Source: Candidatus Cloacimonadales bacterium (GTDB lineage: Bacteria > Cloacimonadota > Cloacimonadia > Cloacimonadales > JAFGVF01). Taken from it: DNA of 64,000 bases. How positions within the stretch are numbered: position 1 is the stretch's first letter; the number at the start of each line of letters is the position of its first letter. Location: positions 2,560,001 through 2,624,000 of the forward strand of contig OY759729.1 in the NCBI GenBank assembly GCA_963662585.1, written 5' to 3'. The translations under genes were made by a program, and so were the position numbers. The notes under the pieces were generated by a model that worked only from the letters and a program-made list of their open reading frames with translations, did no database searches and was not told the origin of the DNA. Shown piece after piece: positions 9,996 through 18,772 of the stretch.

Positions 9996-11423
9996 TTAGT
10001 TGTTATATTTCTTCCTTTTAGGGATGATTTTACTGCGAAATACCAAGAAAAGAAATAATCCTACACTTCCAGTAAGGATAGCTATTCTGGCATAGGAGTT
10101 ATTCTCATCTAAGAAGAGGTAAAGAATTATAAATGCAAGGGTTGGAAGAGACTTAAGAATAATAAGAAAGAGTGTTTTGAATATATTCCCTTCAAGCAGA
10201 TAGCTGACCAGGGCAATAAAGCTTAAGTGGATAAAAACAGTCGTAATTGCGTAATAGATTAGAGCAGTTTCAAAGCCAGCAAAATGACCTAAATATATTG
10301 CTAAAGATTTTAAGGTTAGATTCAAAATCATAAAAACCATTTCAATATGAGGTAATTCTAGTACATAAGGTAGGCTTGAAATAGGATTCATTAACATTGT
10401 CGTAGCTAAAGGAAAGGCTAAGATCACTACGATAGGAAGTGCTTCATTCCATTTATCTCCCAGAATTAGGGGAACAAAATTGAGGACGAAGATTACTAGT
10501 AGAAAGAAGAGGGGGAAAGCTAGGAGAGTAACTATATTAAAGAATTTATGAAGTTTAGTATATATTTCACTTTTGCTCATGAAGGTAAAAGTAGGGAAGA
10601 GGACTTGTCCTAAAGAGTTGCAGGCTAAAATAACAGGCTGTCCTATCAATTGATTAGCTAAGTAGTAGATACCTATAACGATAGGGTTAAAGAGAATACC
10701 TAGGATAATGACTGGTAAATCGTTAATAAGTAGGGAAACAATATTATTAGATGTAACTGTTAGTAAAAATTTGTAGTTCTTTCTGTAGCTTGTGAAGAGA
10801 CTTTTAATTAGCTTAGTAGTGAACATTTCCTTTATAGTATCTTTTATTAACTTAGATTCAAAGCTTAGTAATAGGATAAATTCTACTAAGTTGCCAAAAT
10901 AGAAGATGATAATTAAGCTTGTGATATCTAATTTAAAGAAATAGAAGATAACAATAAGTGCTGAATAGACCGCTACATTGATTGTCTCAATTATTGAGAG
11001 AAGCTTAAATCTCAGTATTTTCTGGTAATAGGCTCTGACAGCAATCCTTAATATCTCTAAGCATATTAAGGGACTAAGGGTGATTAAGAGAGTGGAGAGA
11101 ATCTCGCTTTTGTAGTATTTACCTATGGTGGGGGCAATAAGATTCAAGAAGATTAAAGAGAAACCTGAAATTAGTAGAGAGAAGAGAAAAAGCTGTTTAA
11201 AGAGAGCTTTAGTATTCTCTTTTTTTACTATTAGGAGGTCTTTAAATCCAAAGAAAGAAACTCCTGTGAATATTCCTAAGACCAAAGAAAACTCTCTAAA
11301 AATTCCAAGATCCTCTTTACTGATAGCTTTAGCGATGATTAAAAATACCCCAAAAAGAATTACTTTACGGAATAAAGCAGTAAAAAGAGACCATTGAAAA
11401 GATTTAAGTGTGTTTCTTTGCAT
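9996..11423 (-). CDS. Wzx-type oligosaccharide flippase
   Basis: Multi-TM; GIYYLANQL, LFPTF and LILGDKWNEA patterns typical of polysaccharide flippases. Confidence 0.85.
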   Translation of the reverse strand: MQRNTLKSFQWSLFTALFRKVILFGVFLIIAKAISKEDLGIFREFSLVLGIFTGVSFFGFKDLLIVKKENTKALFKQLFLFSLLISGFSLIFLNLIAPTIGKYYKSEILSTLLITLSPLICLEILRIAVRAYYQKILRFKLLSIIETINVAVYSALIVIFYFFKLDITSLIIIFYFGNLVEFILLLSFESKLIKDTIKEMFTTKLIKSLFTSYRKNYKFLLTVTSNNIVSLLINDLPVIILGILFNPIVIGIYYLANQLIGQPVILACNSLGQVLFPTFTFMSKSEIYTKLHKFFNIVTLLAFPLFFLLVIFVLNFVPLILGDKWNEALPIVVILAFPLATTMLMNPISSLPYVLELPHIEMVFMILNLTLKSLAIYLGHFAGFETALIYYAITTVFIHLSFIALVSYLLEGNIFKTLFLIILKSLPTLAFIILYLFLDENNSYARIAILTGSVGLFLFLVFRSKIIPKRKKYNN

Positions 11424-11428
11424 TGAAA

Positions 11429-11788
11429 TTACTTAGGTGAGTGGAGTCCTAATCTATTACCTTCAGTATCATGGAAGATAGCATAATAGCCATGTGCACC
11501 GAGAGATGTTTTTGCTAGTTCAACTTTCCCACCTGCAGGCTCAATTCTGAGTAAGACATTATTCAAATCTTCGCCTCCTGAGAAATAGGGAAGGAAACCA
11601 ATTTTTGAAGGGGTTAAATTTGGACCTTGAACAAGGGCTCCAGTGGCTTCTTCTGTCTGAAAGAGTCCCATTTTGTATTCCCCAGCTGCATCTTGCTTAA
11701 TCTCAAATTGGAAGATCTCACTATAAAACTTACAAGCTCTGTCCATATCTAGAACAGGGATATCATACCAGTCTAATTTTCCTATCAT
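11429..11788 (-). CDS. VOC/glyoxalase family protein
   Basis: WYDIPVLDMDRACKFY...GGKV...FHDTEGNRLGLHS. Confidence 0.9.
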   Translation of the reverse strand: MIGKLDWYDIPVLDMDRACKFYSEIFQFEIKQDAAGEYKMGLFQTEEATGALVQGPNLTPSKIGFLPYFSGGEDLNNVLLRIEPAGGKVELAKTSLGAHGYYAIFHDTEGNRLGLHSPK

Positions 11789-11808
11789 TATAACTCCTAA
11801 GTTATTGA

Positions 11809-11857
11809 TTTAGTTTTAGTTTTAGTTTTAGTTTTAGTTTTAGTTTTAGTTTTAGTT
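11809..11857. repeat. hexanucleotide microsatellite (TTTTAG)x7 plus a partial unit
   Basis: Perfect tandem repeat in a short intergenic gap. Confidence 0.95.
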
Positions 11858-11868
11858 CTCTAACTTAA

Positions 11869-12954
11869 TTATCTATTATCAAGATACCATTGACTAACAG
11901 TATTTTTGAGATACTCGGCTTCAGAGAAAGTTACTCCAGCAGGGACATACATGACATCTTGAGCAGATGCTTGAAATAGTGTTTGGTAAAAACATAAAGA
12001 AGCTAAGTAAGTTCCTTGCCAAGAAGGATGTGAGCCATCAGAATCATATAAAACAATCTCTGTATTATCTTCAAAGACATAATTAAAGAGTTGTCCTACT
12101 GCTACAACAGTAGCATCTAATAAGTTACCCGCTTCTAAATATGCAGAACTTAATCCTATTATCTGTGTTTGGTCATATTCTCTCGCCCAAGTCATAAAGA
12201 AACAGGTTTGTGCTCCACTAAGGTCGATAAGACTATCTAATTTAGTTGCATAAGTAAGAAAAGTAGGGTTATCTAGGATTGGCATTTGACTCTGTTCTTG
12301 CAAAACTACAAGATCCCAATCACCATTTAATATGGCAGCTTGGGTATTAATATTATTAAAATGGTTTTGGAGAGTTAAGCCACCACCAGTAATAGCTTGA
12401 ACTTCTACTCCGAGATTTTCATCTGTAGATTGAGTAACATTTCTAAACATTTGGTCTAATCCATCATTATAGTAAGTATAGCTATTGCCGATGAATAAGA
12501 CCCTTTCCGGTAGAGCTTCATGAATTTCCCAATCTACTATAATCTCGATAGAACCTGTTATATCATTAATAATCATAGTGAGGTTTACTAGAGAGTTTTG
12601 ACCAGGGAAAACTTCAACTTCAGCTTCTCCGGAAGCTACTATATAGTCGTTAGAATATAATTCAACTTCTAAATGCCAGATTCCAGGATTAAGATTAGTA
12701 ATAGAACCACTAGCATTAGCGTCTGTAATAGCTAAAGCTTGAGTGATTTCCACATCTTCCTTGCTTACAGTTGCTATTGCTTGAGTAATAGTTACTTCTA
12801 GCTCTTGTAGGGGAGCCAAAGAGATAGTAATGGGAATTAATCCCTTCTCCTGAATATCATCATTAGAATTTGTGGTTTTGCTGCTACAAGCTATTGTGAG
12901 AAGTAATATTAGCATACTCATTAAAGCTACAATTCTCGACACTATCTTATTCAT
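11869..12954 (-). CDS. lipoprotein with C-terminal SGNH-hydrolase-like domain
   Basis: Lipobox-like TIAC; VLFIGNSY, WDLVVLQEQS, DGSHP. Confidence 0.8.
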   Translation of the reverse strand: MNKIVSRIVALMSMLILLLTIACSSKTTNSNDDIQEKGLIPITISLAPLQELEVTITQAIATVSKEDVEITQALAITDANASGSITNLNPGIWHLEVELYSNDYIVASGEAEVEVFPGQNSLVNLTMIINDITGSIEIIVDWEIHEALPERVLFIGNSYTYYNDGLDQMFRNVTQSTDENLGVEVQAITGGGLTLQNHFNNINTQAAILNGDWDLVVLQEQSQMPILDNPTFLTYATKLDSLIDLSGAQTCFFMTWAREYDQTQIIGLSSAYLEAGNLLDATVVAVGQLFNYVFEDNTEIVLYDSDGSHPSWQGTYLASLCFYQTLFQASAQDVMYVPAGVTFSEAEYLKNTVSQWYLDNR

Positions 12955-12962
12955 AGGAACTC

Positions 12963-13757
12963 CTATTTTTCATACATTTCTGGTCGGCGATCAGTAAAAG
13001 CATTATTATGATCAGTAACTTTTTTGTCAAAGGCATCAGCAGGATTAATTCTTACAAACTCTATTCCTTCTTCAGTTTTATTAAGAGAGGTTAACACTTC
13101 ACCTTTAGTGTTGAGGATTTGACTCATTCCAGTGAAGTAAAGCTCTTTTTCTCCATTAACTTCAGTACCAATGCGATTAGAAGTAATACTAAAGACTCTA
13201 TTCTCTAAAGAACGAATGGTCATAGCTTTCTGACACCATGGAAGCACCAAGTTAGAAGGGTGGGCGATAATCTGAGCTCCTCTTAAAGCTAAAGTTCTAG
13301 CAGCTTCAGGGAATTGCCAGTCAAAGCAGATCATCATTCCAACTTTAACTCCACCTTTAGCAGGGAATACATTTAGTCCAGAATCACCTGGGGCAAAGAA
13401 GATTTTTTCTTCAAAAAAGAGATGAGTCTTGCGATAAGTATAAATCTCTCCATTAGGGTTAATAAGTGAACAAGAGTTATAGAGAGTGCCACTAGCATTT
13501 TCAGGAAAGCCAACAACAAAACTACAGTCTCTTTCTTGAGCAAGTCTGCTAAATAATTGAGCAGTCTTGCCTGTTTTGGCATCTTCTGCTACACTCATTA
13601 CTTCTTCTTTAGAATTAAATACATAGCCTGAAGTTGCTAATTCAGGTAGCACAATTAAATCAGCTTCAACATCAATGAGCATATTTTCTAAGTTTTTTAA
13701 GTTCTCATCTACTTTTAAAAGTCTCGGTTCGAATTGTAAGACACCTACTTTATACAT
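12963..13757 (-). CDS. carbon-nitrogen hydrolase (nitrilase superfamily)
   Basis: VLPEL, YRKTHL, MICFDW catalytic E-K-C triad. Confidence 0.93.
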   Translation of the reverse strand: MYKVGVLQFEPRLLKVDENLKNLENMLIDVEADLIVLPELATSGYVFNSKEEVMSVAEDAKTGKTAQLFSRLAQERDCSFVVGFPENASGTLYNSCSLINPNGEIYTYRKTHLFFEEKIFFAPGDSGLNVFPAKGGVKVGMMICFDWQFPEAARTLALRGAQIIAHPSNLVLPWCQKAMTIRSLENRVFSITSNRIGTEVNGEKELYFTGMSQILNTKGEVLTSLNKTEEGIEFVRINPADAFDKKVTDHNNAFTDRRPEMYEK

Positions 13758-13774
13758 TTTTCATATCTCCAAGT

Positions 13775-14920
13775 TTATAGTTTCCAAGGTAAAAGATAGT
13801 CTTTTATCTCTTCATTGTAGTATCTATCAGTCATTGTAGCAATAAAATCTCTAACTTTTTCTTCAAATGAGAAGTTCTTTGAATACAAATCGTTTTTATG
13901 ATTAAGAAAGTGGAGGAATATTTTAGACTGAGTATTATTATTATTCAAGTCATTAAGATATTTTTCATAAAGAATATCCATTGACCTATTAATTATTTGA
14001 TTAGAGTGTTTAACATTTTCATCAGTATAGATATATTTATAGTTGAAGTTTTTAAGTTTTAGCAGATAATGAGAGGTCTCTTCATCAAAGGCAATATATT
14101 CATTTTGGTAGCTATTTACAATAACACTTTTCACTAAAGTATCTATAATTTGGGAGTTAGAGTTTCCAAGAAAGTCAGTACAATCTTGAGGGAGCTGTTC
14201 AGTTTTAAGAATTTTAAATCTAACAGCATCCTCGATATCTTGTCCAATATAAGCAATAGTGTCAGAAATTCTCACTACACAAGCTTCCATAGTTGCAGGC
14301 ATCCAAGAGGCATTTAATCCTTTAGTTTTTTTGTCAATATAATCCTTAATTTCAGCTTCTGTCTTATCTCTGTGAGGTCTAAGTACTGTATTATGAACTT
14401 CACCATCATGGGAAATAATACCATCTCTGACTTGGAAAGTAAGGTTCATTCCTTTGCCTTTTTTGGCAATATGATCAACAATTTGTAAAGATTCTATATT
14501 ATGATGAAATGAACCAATTCCGTGTGCTTTACAGACTCTAGAGAGAGCACGCTCGCCATCATGACCGAAAGGACAGTGCCCAAGATCATGACCCAAGGCA
14601 ATTGCTTCAATCAGCTCCAAGTTAAGTCTCAAAGCTTTACCAATAGTTCGGGAAATTTGAGAAACATAAGTTGTATGCAAGTTGCGGTTAGTCATTTCTT
14701 CATCAATCAAATTAGTGAAAGAAAATACTTGAGTTTTGCCGTGATATCTGCGGTAGGCACCACTATAAAGAATTCTATCTCTATCTAAAGCAAAGTTAGT
14801 TCTTATGTGCTCTTTAGGCTCAGTATTAGCCCTAAAAGCATCAGTATCTTTAAAAGCAAAAGGTGATAAATTTTCAAAAGTATTTTCTGTAATCTCTTTA
14901 AATATTTCTTTCTTATTCAT
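13775..14920 (-). CDS. dGTP triphosphohydrolase-like HD protein
   Basis: DRDRILYS...KTQVF, NRNLHT, LGHDLGHCPFGHDGE, DTIAYIGQDIED. Confidence 0.9.
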   Translation of the reverse strand: MNKKEIFKEITENTFENLSPFAFKDTDAFRANTEPKEHIRTNFALDRDRILYSGAYRRYHGKTQVFSFTNLIDEEMTNRNLHTTYVSQISRTIGKALRLNLELIEAIALGHDLGHCPFGHDGERALSRVCKAHGIGSFHHNIESLQIVDHIAKKGKGMNLTFQVRDGIISHDGEVHNTVLRPHRDKTEAEIKDYIDKKTKGLNASWMPATMEACVVRISDTIAYIGQDIEDAVRFKILKTEQLPQDCTDFLGNSNSQIIDTLVKSVIVNSYQNEYIAFDEETSHYLLKLKNFNYKYIYTDENVKHSNQIINRSMDILYEKYLNDLNNNNTQSKIFLHFLNHKNDLYSKNFSFEEKVRDFIATMTDRYYNEEIKDYLLPWKL

Positions 14921-14934
14921 ATTTACCTCGTTAG

Positions 14935-15579
14935 TTAATTAACTTTTTTGTAAAACATAAATCTTGGTTCAAAACCTTCTCCTCGTTTTACTTCTTCAAA
15001 ATATGTTTCGATATGACCAGCTTGTTTCTCAAAAGTAAAACCATTCTCAAAAAGAGCTTGGAAGTCACTTCTTTCACTAAAATGCTCGATAATCCACTCT
15101 GAATATCCCGGATGGTCAGTAGCAATTTCTACTCTTCCTCCAGGAAGTAACATTAGATTAAGAGCATCTATAAAATTTTGATTGATTAAACGATATTTGA
15201 AGTGTCTGCGTTTGGGCCAAGGATCAGGATGCTGAATATAAATTAGGGGTATAGAGTTTTGTGCTATCACTTTCGTAATCTCTTTATCTACATAGTGATT
15301 CAACAATCTAACATTAAAATCTTCTTCTAAATCTAATTTTTTCATTATTGAAGTTATTCTATGCGGATTAAGCTCAATCCCAACAAAATTTATATCTCTA
15401 TTCTCACGACATTTCTGGGAAATAAATTCCCCTTTCCCAGAACCAATTTCAATATGAACAGGATTATTATTCCCAAAGATTTTAGCAAAATCTAAGATTA
15501 CATCCTCTTCTACTTCTAAAACAAATTTATCTTTTCTCTGCTCATAATCAGCAGGTTTTCTTACAGTTCTTCTTCCCAA
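14935..15579 (-). CDS. trmB: tRNA (guanine-N7)-methyltransferase
   Basis: EIGSGKG, PDPWPKRRH, ATD, ETYFE. Confidence 0.93.
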   Translation of the reverse strand: MGRRTVRKPADYEQRKDKFVLEVEEDVILDFAKIFGNNNPVHIEIGSGKGEFISQKCRENRDINFVGIELNPHRITSIMKKLDLEEDFNVRLLNHYVDKEITKVIAQNSIPLIYIQHPDPWPKRRHFKYRLINQNFIDALNLMLLPGGRVEIATDHPGYSEWIIEHFSERSDFQALFENGFTFEKQAGHIETYFEEVKRGEGFEPRFMFYKKVN

Positions 15580-15612
15580 AATTTAATTTCCTCTTCTTTT
15601 CAATAATTTTAT

Positions 15613-16215
15613 CTATAAATCATCATCTTCATCATCTGTATTAACTTCTTGAACTTGCATTGGTAATTCAAACAAAAGAAGTCCTATTGCAAGTACTAAC
15701 CCAATCATTAAGTATCTATTAGAAGCTGTATAGATAACTGCTCTAACCAATTCTATATTAATCTCTTGCTTGTTTAGAAGAAATAAGCCTAAAACTGAGA
15801 TTGTGTGGGCTATTATACCACCGATAATGAATACAATATTCTTCAACTTAAAGCCATTAATTACAAAATATGCAAAATAAGTAACACCTATTAACAAAGC
15901 AAAATTGATGAAATTTATTAGGTAGAGTGAGAATTTACTAAATACTTCTAATTCATTACTTCCTAGGCCTTGAACAGCCAAAAAAGAAGCTATTGCCGCA
16001 ACTACAAAAGCTAGGTAACTTAACTTGTATTTATGTAGAATGATAAATAGGGCATTAGGAATCACAAAAATACTCATTTTTAGACTTGTATTAGTGATAG
16101 AACTACTGTTTCCCCTTCCTAAAGCACTAAAAAGATAGTTAATAATAAATATAACTACCATAGGTACAATTACGAGAGCTACTGCTTGAATTATTGGTCG
16201 TAATCTATTTTGCAT
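15613..16215 (-). CDS. hypothetical membrane protein (about 6 TM, acidic tail)
   Basis: Hydrophobic segments; AAGGA RBS. Confidence 0.75.
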   Translation of the reverse strand: MQNRLRPIIQAVALVIVPMVVIFIINYLFSALGRGNSSSITNTSLKMSIFVIPNALFIILHKYKLSYLAFVVAAIASFLAVQGLGSNELEVFSKFSLYLINFINFALLIGVTYFAYFVINGFKLKNIVFIIGGIIAHTISVLGLFLLNKQEINIELVRAVIYTASNRYLMIGLVLAIGLLLFELPMQVQEVNTDDEDDDL

Positions 16216-16462
16216 TTGAATTTTCCTTATCTATATTACTATTTATAACAATTATAGCGATTTGCTGTTTTATGGCAAGTTTATTTTTAGTGCTTGGTTA
16301 ATTCTGCTAGAAGTTAGAAGCTAAAAACTTTACCTCCGCTAAGCTACTACATGGGATAAGAGGTAAATGAGAGTGAGGGAGTCCAGCCCGTTTCAGTGTT
16401 TTTTGGCAGGCTGAGCTATAGCCTGATGGAAGCAGGGACGCTCCCAATCCATAAAAAGACCT

Positions 16463-16670
16463 ATGGACTGGGGACCTCCGCGTCGCCAGCTGGAAAACAT
16501 GGACTGGGGACCTCCGCGTCGCCAGCTAAAACATGGACTGGGGACCTCCGCGTCGCCAGCTAAAACATGGACTGGGGACCTCCGCGTCGCCAGCTAAAAC
16601 ATGGACTGGGGACCTCCGCGTCGCCAGCTAAAACATGGACTGGGGACCTCCGCGTCGCCAGCTTGAAAAC
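16463..16670 (+). repeat. tandem array of six 34-36 bp GC-rich REP-like hairpin units
   Basis: ATGGACTGGGGACCTCCGCGTCGCCAGCT at 16463, 16499, 16533, 16567, 16601 and 16635. Confidence 0.97.
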
Positions 16671-16709
16671 TTGTTTTCCAGAATCTTCCTGAAAAGAATA
16701 ATTTTCAGG

Positions 16710-16877
16710 GAGAGAGCACTAAAGCTTCTATTCCATAATTTAAGATTCACGGACTAAAGGTCCGTAACCACCAATTAATGTAGATGGAAGCAGAGACGCT
16801 TCCATTCCATAATTTAAGATTCACGGACTAAAGGTCCGTAACCCCAGTTAATGGAAGCAGAGACGCTTCCACTCCAT
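16710..16877 (-). repeat. BIME-like cluster of alternating REP-like hairpins, about 74 bp duplicated
   Basis: ACGGAC-TAAAG-GTCCGT and TGGAAGC-AGAGAC-GCTTCCA each occur twice with the same linker; related hairpin at 16426-16452. Confidence 0.85.
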
Positions 16878-16937
16878 AGAAGAGAACACACTGTAGACCT
16901 CTTTAATCTTGGTTTAATGTGCTGTATTCTTGTCTAG

Positions 16938-17284
16938 CCTCTTAAATCCCGGAGGGATAACATATAATAGGGAGTGTTCGCAAGACACTCCTAGAGGTTA
17001 CGACAAAAAGATAGCCCTGGAAGGGCGACATATCCTAACAATCTTTCACAGCTTCTGTTTGTTCCTCTTAAATCCCGGAGGGATAGCATATAAGAGGGAG
17101 TGTTCGCAAGACACTCCTAGAGGTAACAACCATAATATAGCCCTAGCAGGGCGACATATCCTAACAATCTTTCACAGCTTCTGTTTGTTCCTCTTAAATC
17201 CCGGAGGGATAGCATATAAGAGGGAGTGTTCGCAAGACACTCCTAGAGGTTACGACAAAAAGATAGCCCTGGAAGGGCGACATA
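16938..17284 (+). repeat. three 126 bp three-hairpin units upstream of tnpA
   Basis: Starts 16938, 17064, 17190: ATCCC-GGA-GGGAT / GGAGTGT-TCGCAAG-ACACTCC / GCCC-TGGAA-GGGC. Confidence 0.97.
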
Positions 17285-17367
17285 CTCTAATTAAATTGAC
17301 ATTGATAGGAGATAAATGACATATTTATTGACAAGAATAATAAATTACAAATATTTAGTTAAATGTT

Positions 17368-17832
17368 ATGGAGGTAGTTATAGGACAATCATTGGTTCAA
17401 AATTATATGCATATTATTTTTAGTACCAAAAATAGGATGAGTTATTTGAAAGATTTTAGGCAAAAGGATATCTTTAGGTATATTTGGGAATTATGTAATG
17501 AAAAAAAATGTCAGATCATAAAAGTGGGAGGATATGAAGACCATATTCATATCTTGTGTTTATTAAACAAAAACATTGCCTTGGTAGATTTGATAAAATT
17601 TCTTAAATCTAATTCATCAAGGTGGATTAAAGTAAAATTTCCAGAACTAAGCTTGTTCAGTTGGCAAGAAGGATATGGTGCTTTTTCGATTAATCCACAG
17701 CAGACTGATGCTGTGATAAATTATATTGAAAATCAAGATAAACATCATAAGAAAACATCTTTTCAAGATGAACTATTTTATTTCCTAAAAAAGTACAAGT
17801 ATGATTATGATGAGAGATATATTTGGACCTAA
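17368..17832 (+). mobile_element. tnpA: IS200/IS605-family (RAYT-like) HUH Y1 transposase, no tnpB
   Basis: QSLVQNYMHIIFSTKNR, HUH motif EDHIHIL, KSNSSRW, FSWQEGYGAFS, catalytic YIENQ, YDERYIW. Confidence 0.93.
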
Positions 17833-17844
17833 CTTCTTATTAGG

Positions 17845-18511
17845 TATATATCGCCCTTCCAGGGCTATCTTCTTGTAGAGACCATTAGGAGTGTCTTGCG
17901 AACACTCCCTATTATATGTTATCCTTTCGGATTTAAGAGGGTAAGCTTTGTTTGTAGCTGGTTGAGGAACAGACTGATGGTATGATAGGTTATATTAATA
18001 TCAAGATATACATGGAATTAACTTCTTATTAGGTATATATCGCCCTTCCAGGGCTATCTTCTCGTAGAGAACTCTAGGAGTGTCTTGCGAACACTCCCTA
18101 TTATATGTTATCCCTCCGGGATGTAAGAGGGTTCTTATCAAGTGCTTGCTAGCTATTTAGTATATGTAGCCCTTCCAGGGCTATCTTCTCGTAGAGACCA
18201 TTAGGAGTGTCTTGCCAACACTCCCTATTATATGTTATCCCTCTGGGATTTAAGAGGTTTAGTTTCAAGTGCTTGCTAGCTATTTAGTATATGTCGCCCT
18301 TCCAGGGCAATCTTCTCGTAGAGACCATTAGGAGTGTCTTGCGAACACTCCCTATTATATGCTATCCCTCTGGGATTTAAGAGGTTTAGTTTCAAGTGCT
18401 TGCTAGCTATTTAGTAGATATCGCCCCTCCAGGGCTAACTTCTCTTAGAGACTACTAGGAGTGTCTTGCGATCACTCCCTATTATATGTTATCCCTCTGG
18501 GATGTAAGAGG
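17845..18511 (-). repeat. five inverted copies of the three-hairpin unit downstream of tnpA (127 bp period for copies 2-5)
   Basis: Copies start near 17845, 18034, 18161, 18288 and 18415; reverse complement of the upstream unit core. Confidence 0.97.
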
Positions 18512-18597
18512 TTTCGTATCATCAAGTGTTTATTAACTTATTAATATATCGTCCTGTCCCGCACTCCCAGTCAAAGAGCCAAGAGATGTGTAATGGA

Positions 18598-18700
18598 TCT
18601 TATCTCTTCCTCCCTTGCTCTTTCTCACTCAATTCAACCATTATTTGGAATTTATTTGTGTCCCATGAGAAGGAGGAGGGGAGGATCATTAAAAGATAGT
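18598..18700 (-). repeat. about 100 bp dispersed element, second copy at 43970-44068
   Basis: Shared TC(C/G)TCCCCT.CT.CTTC.CAT...CAAA.AAA...TTGAGTGAGAAAGA.CAAGGGA. Confidence 0.7.
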
Positions 18701-18730
18701 AAAAAAAGAGAAGGCTATTAGGCCTTCTCT
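18701..18730 (-). terminator. intrinsic terminator after clpB
   Basis: AGAGAAGGC-TATTAG-GCCTTCTCT preceded by an A run (T run on minus). Confidence 0.8.
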
Positions 18731-18772
18731 AATTGAATTAAACTAATGCAAGAACATTTATTTGCTAAAGTA

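Noticed and set aside
6702..11397. Short antisense or overlapping ORFs in the track (also those inside clpB, natB and the 804-aa gene)
   Set aside because: Shadow ORFs of well-supported genes with no motifs.
16463..16670. CRISPR array
   Set aside because: Units are separated by only a few near-identical bases; no unique spacers and no cas genes.
16930..17319. 129-aa repetitive ORF
   Set aside because: Explained by the 126 bp period being divisible by 3; TTG start with no RBS; the 127 bp copies are not in frame.
17833..18770. tnpB/omegaRNA of an IS605 element
   Set aside because: No long ORF after tnpA; the region consists of repeats.
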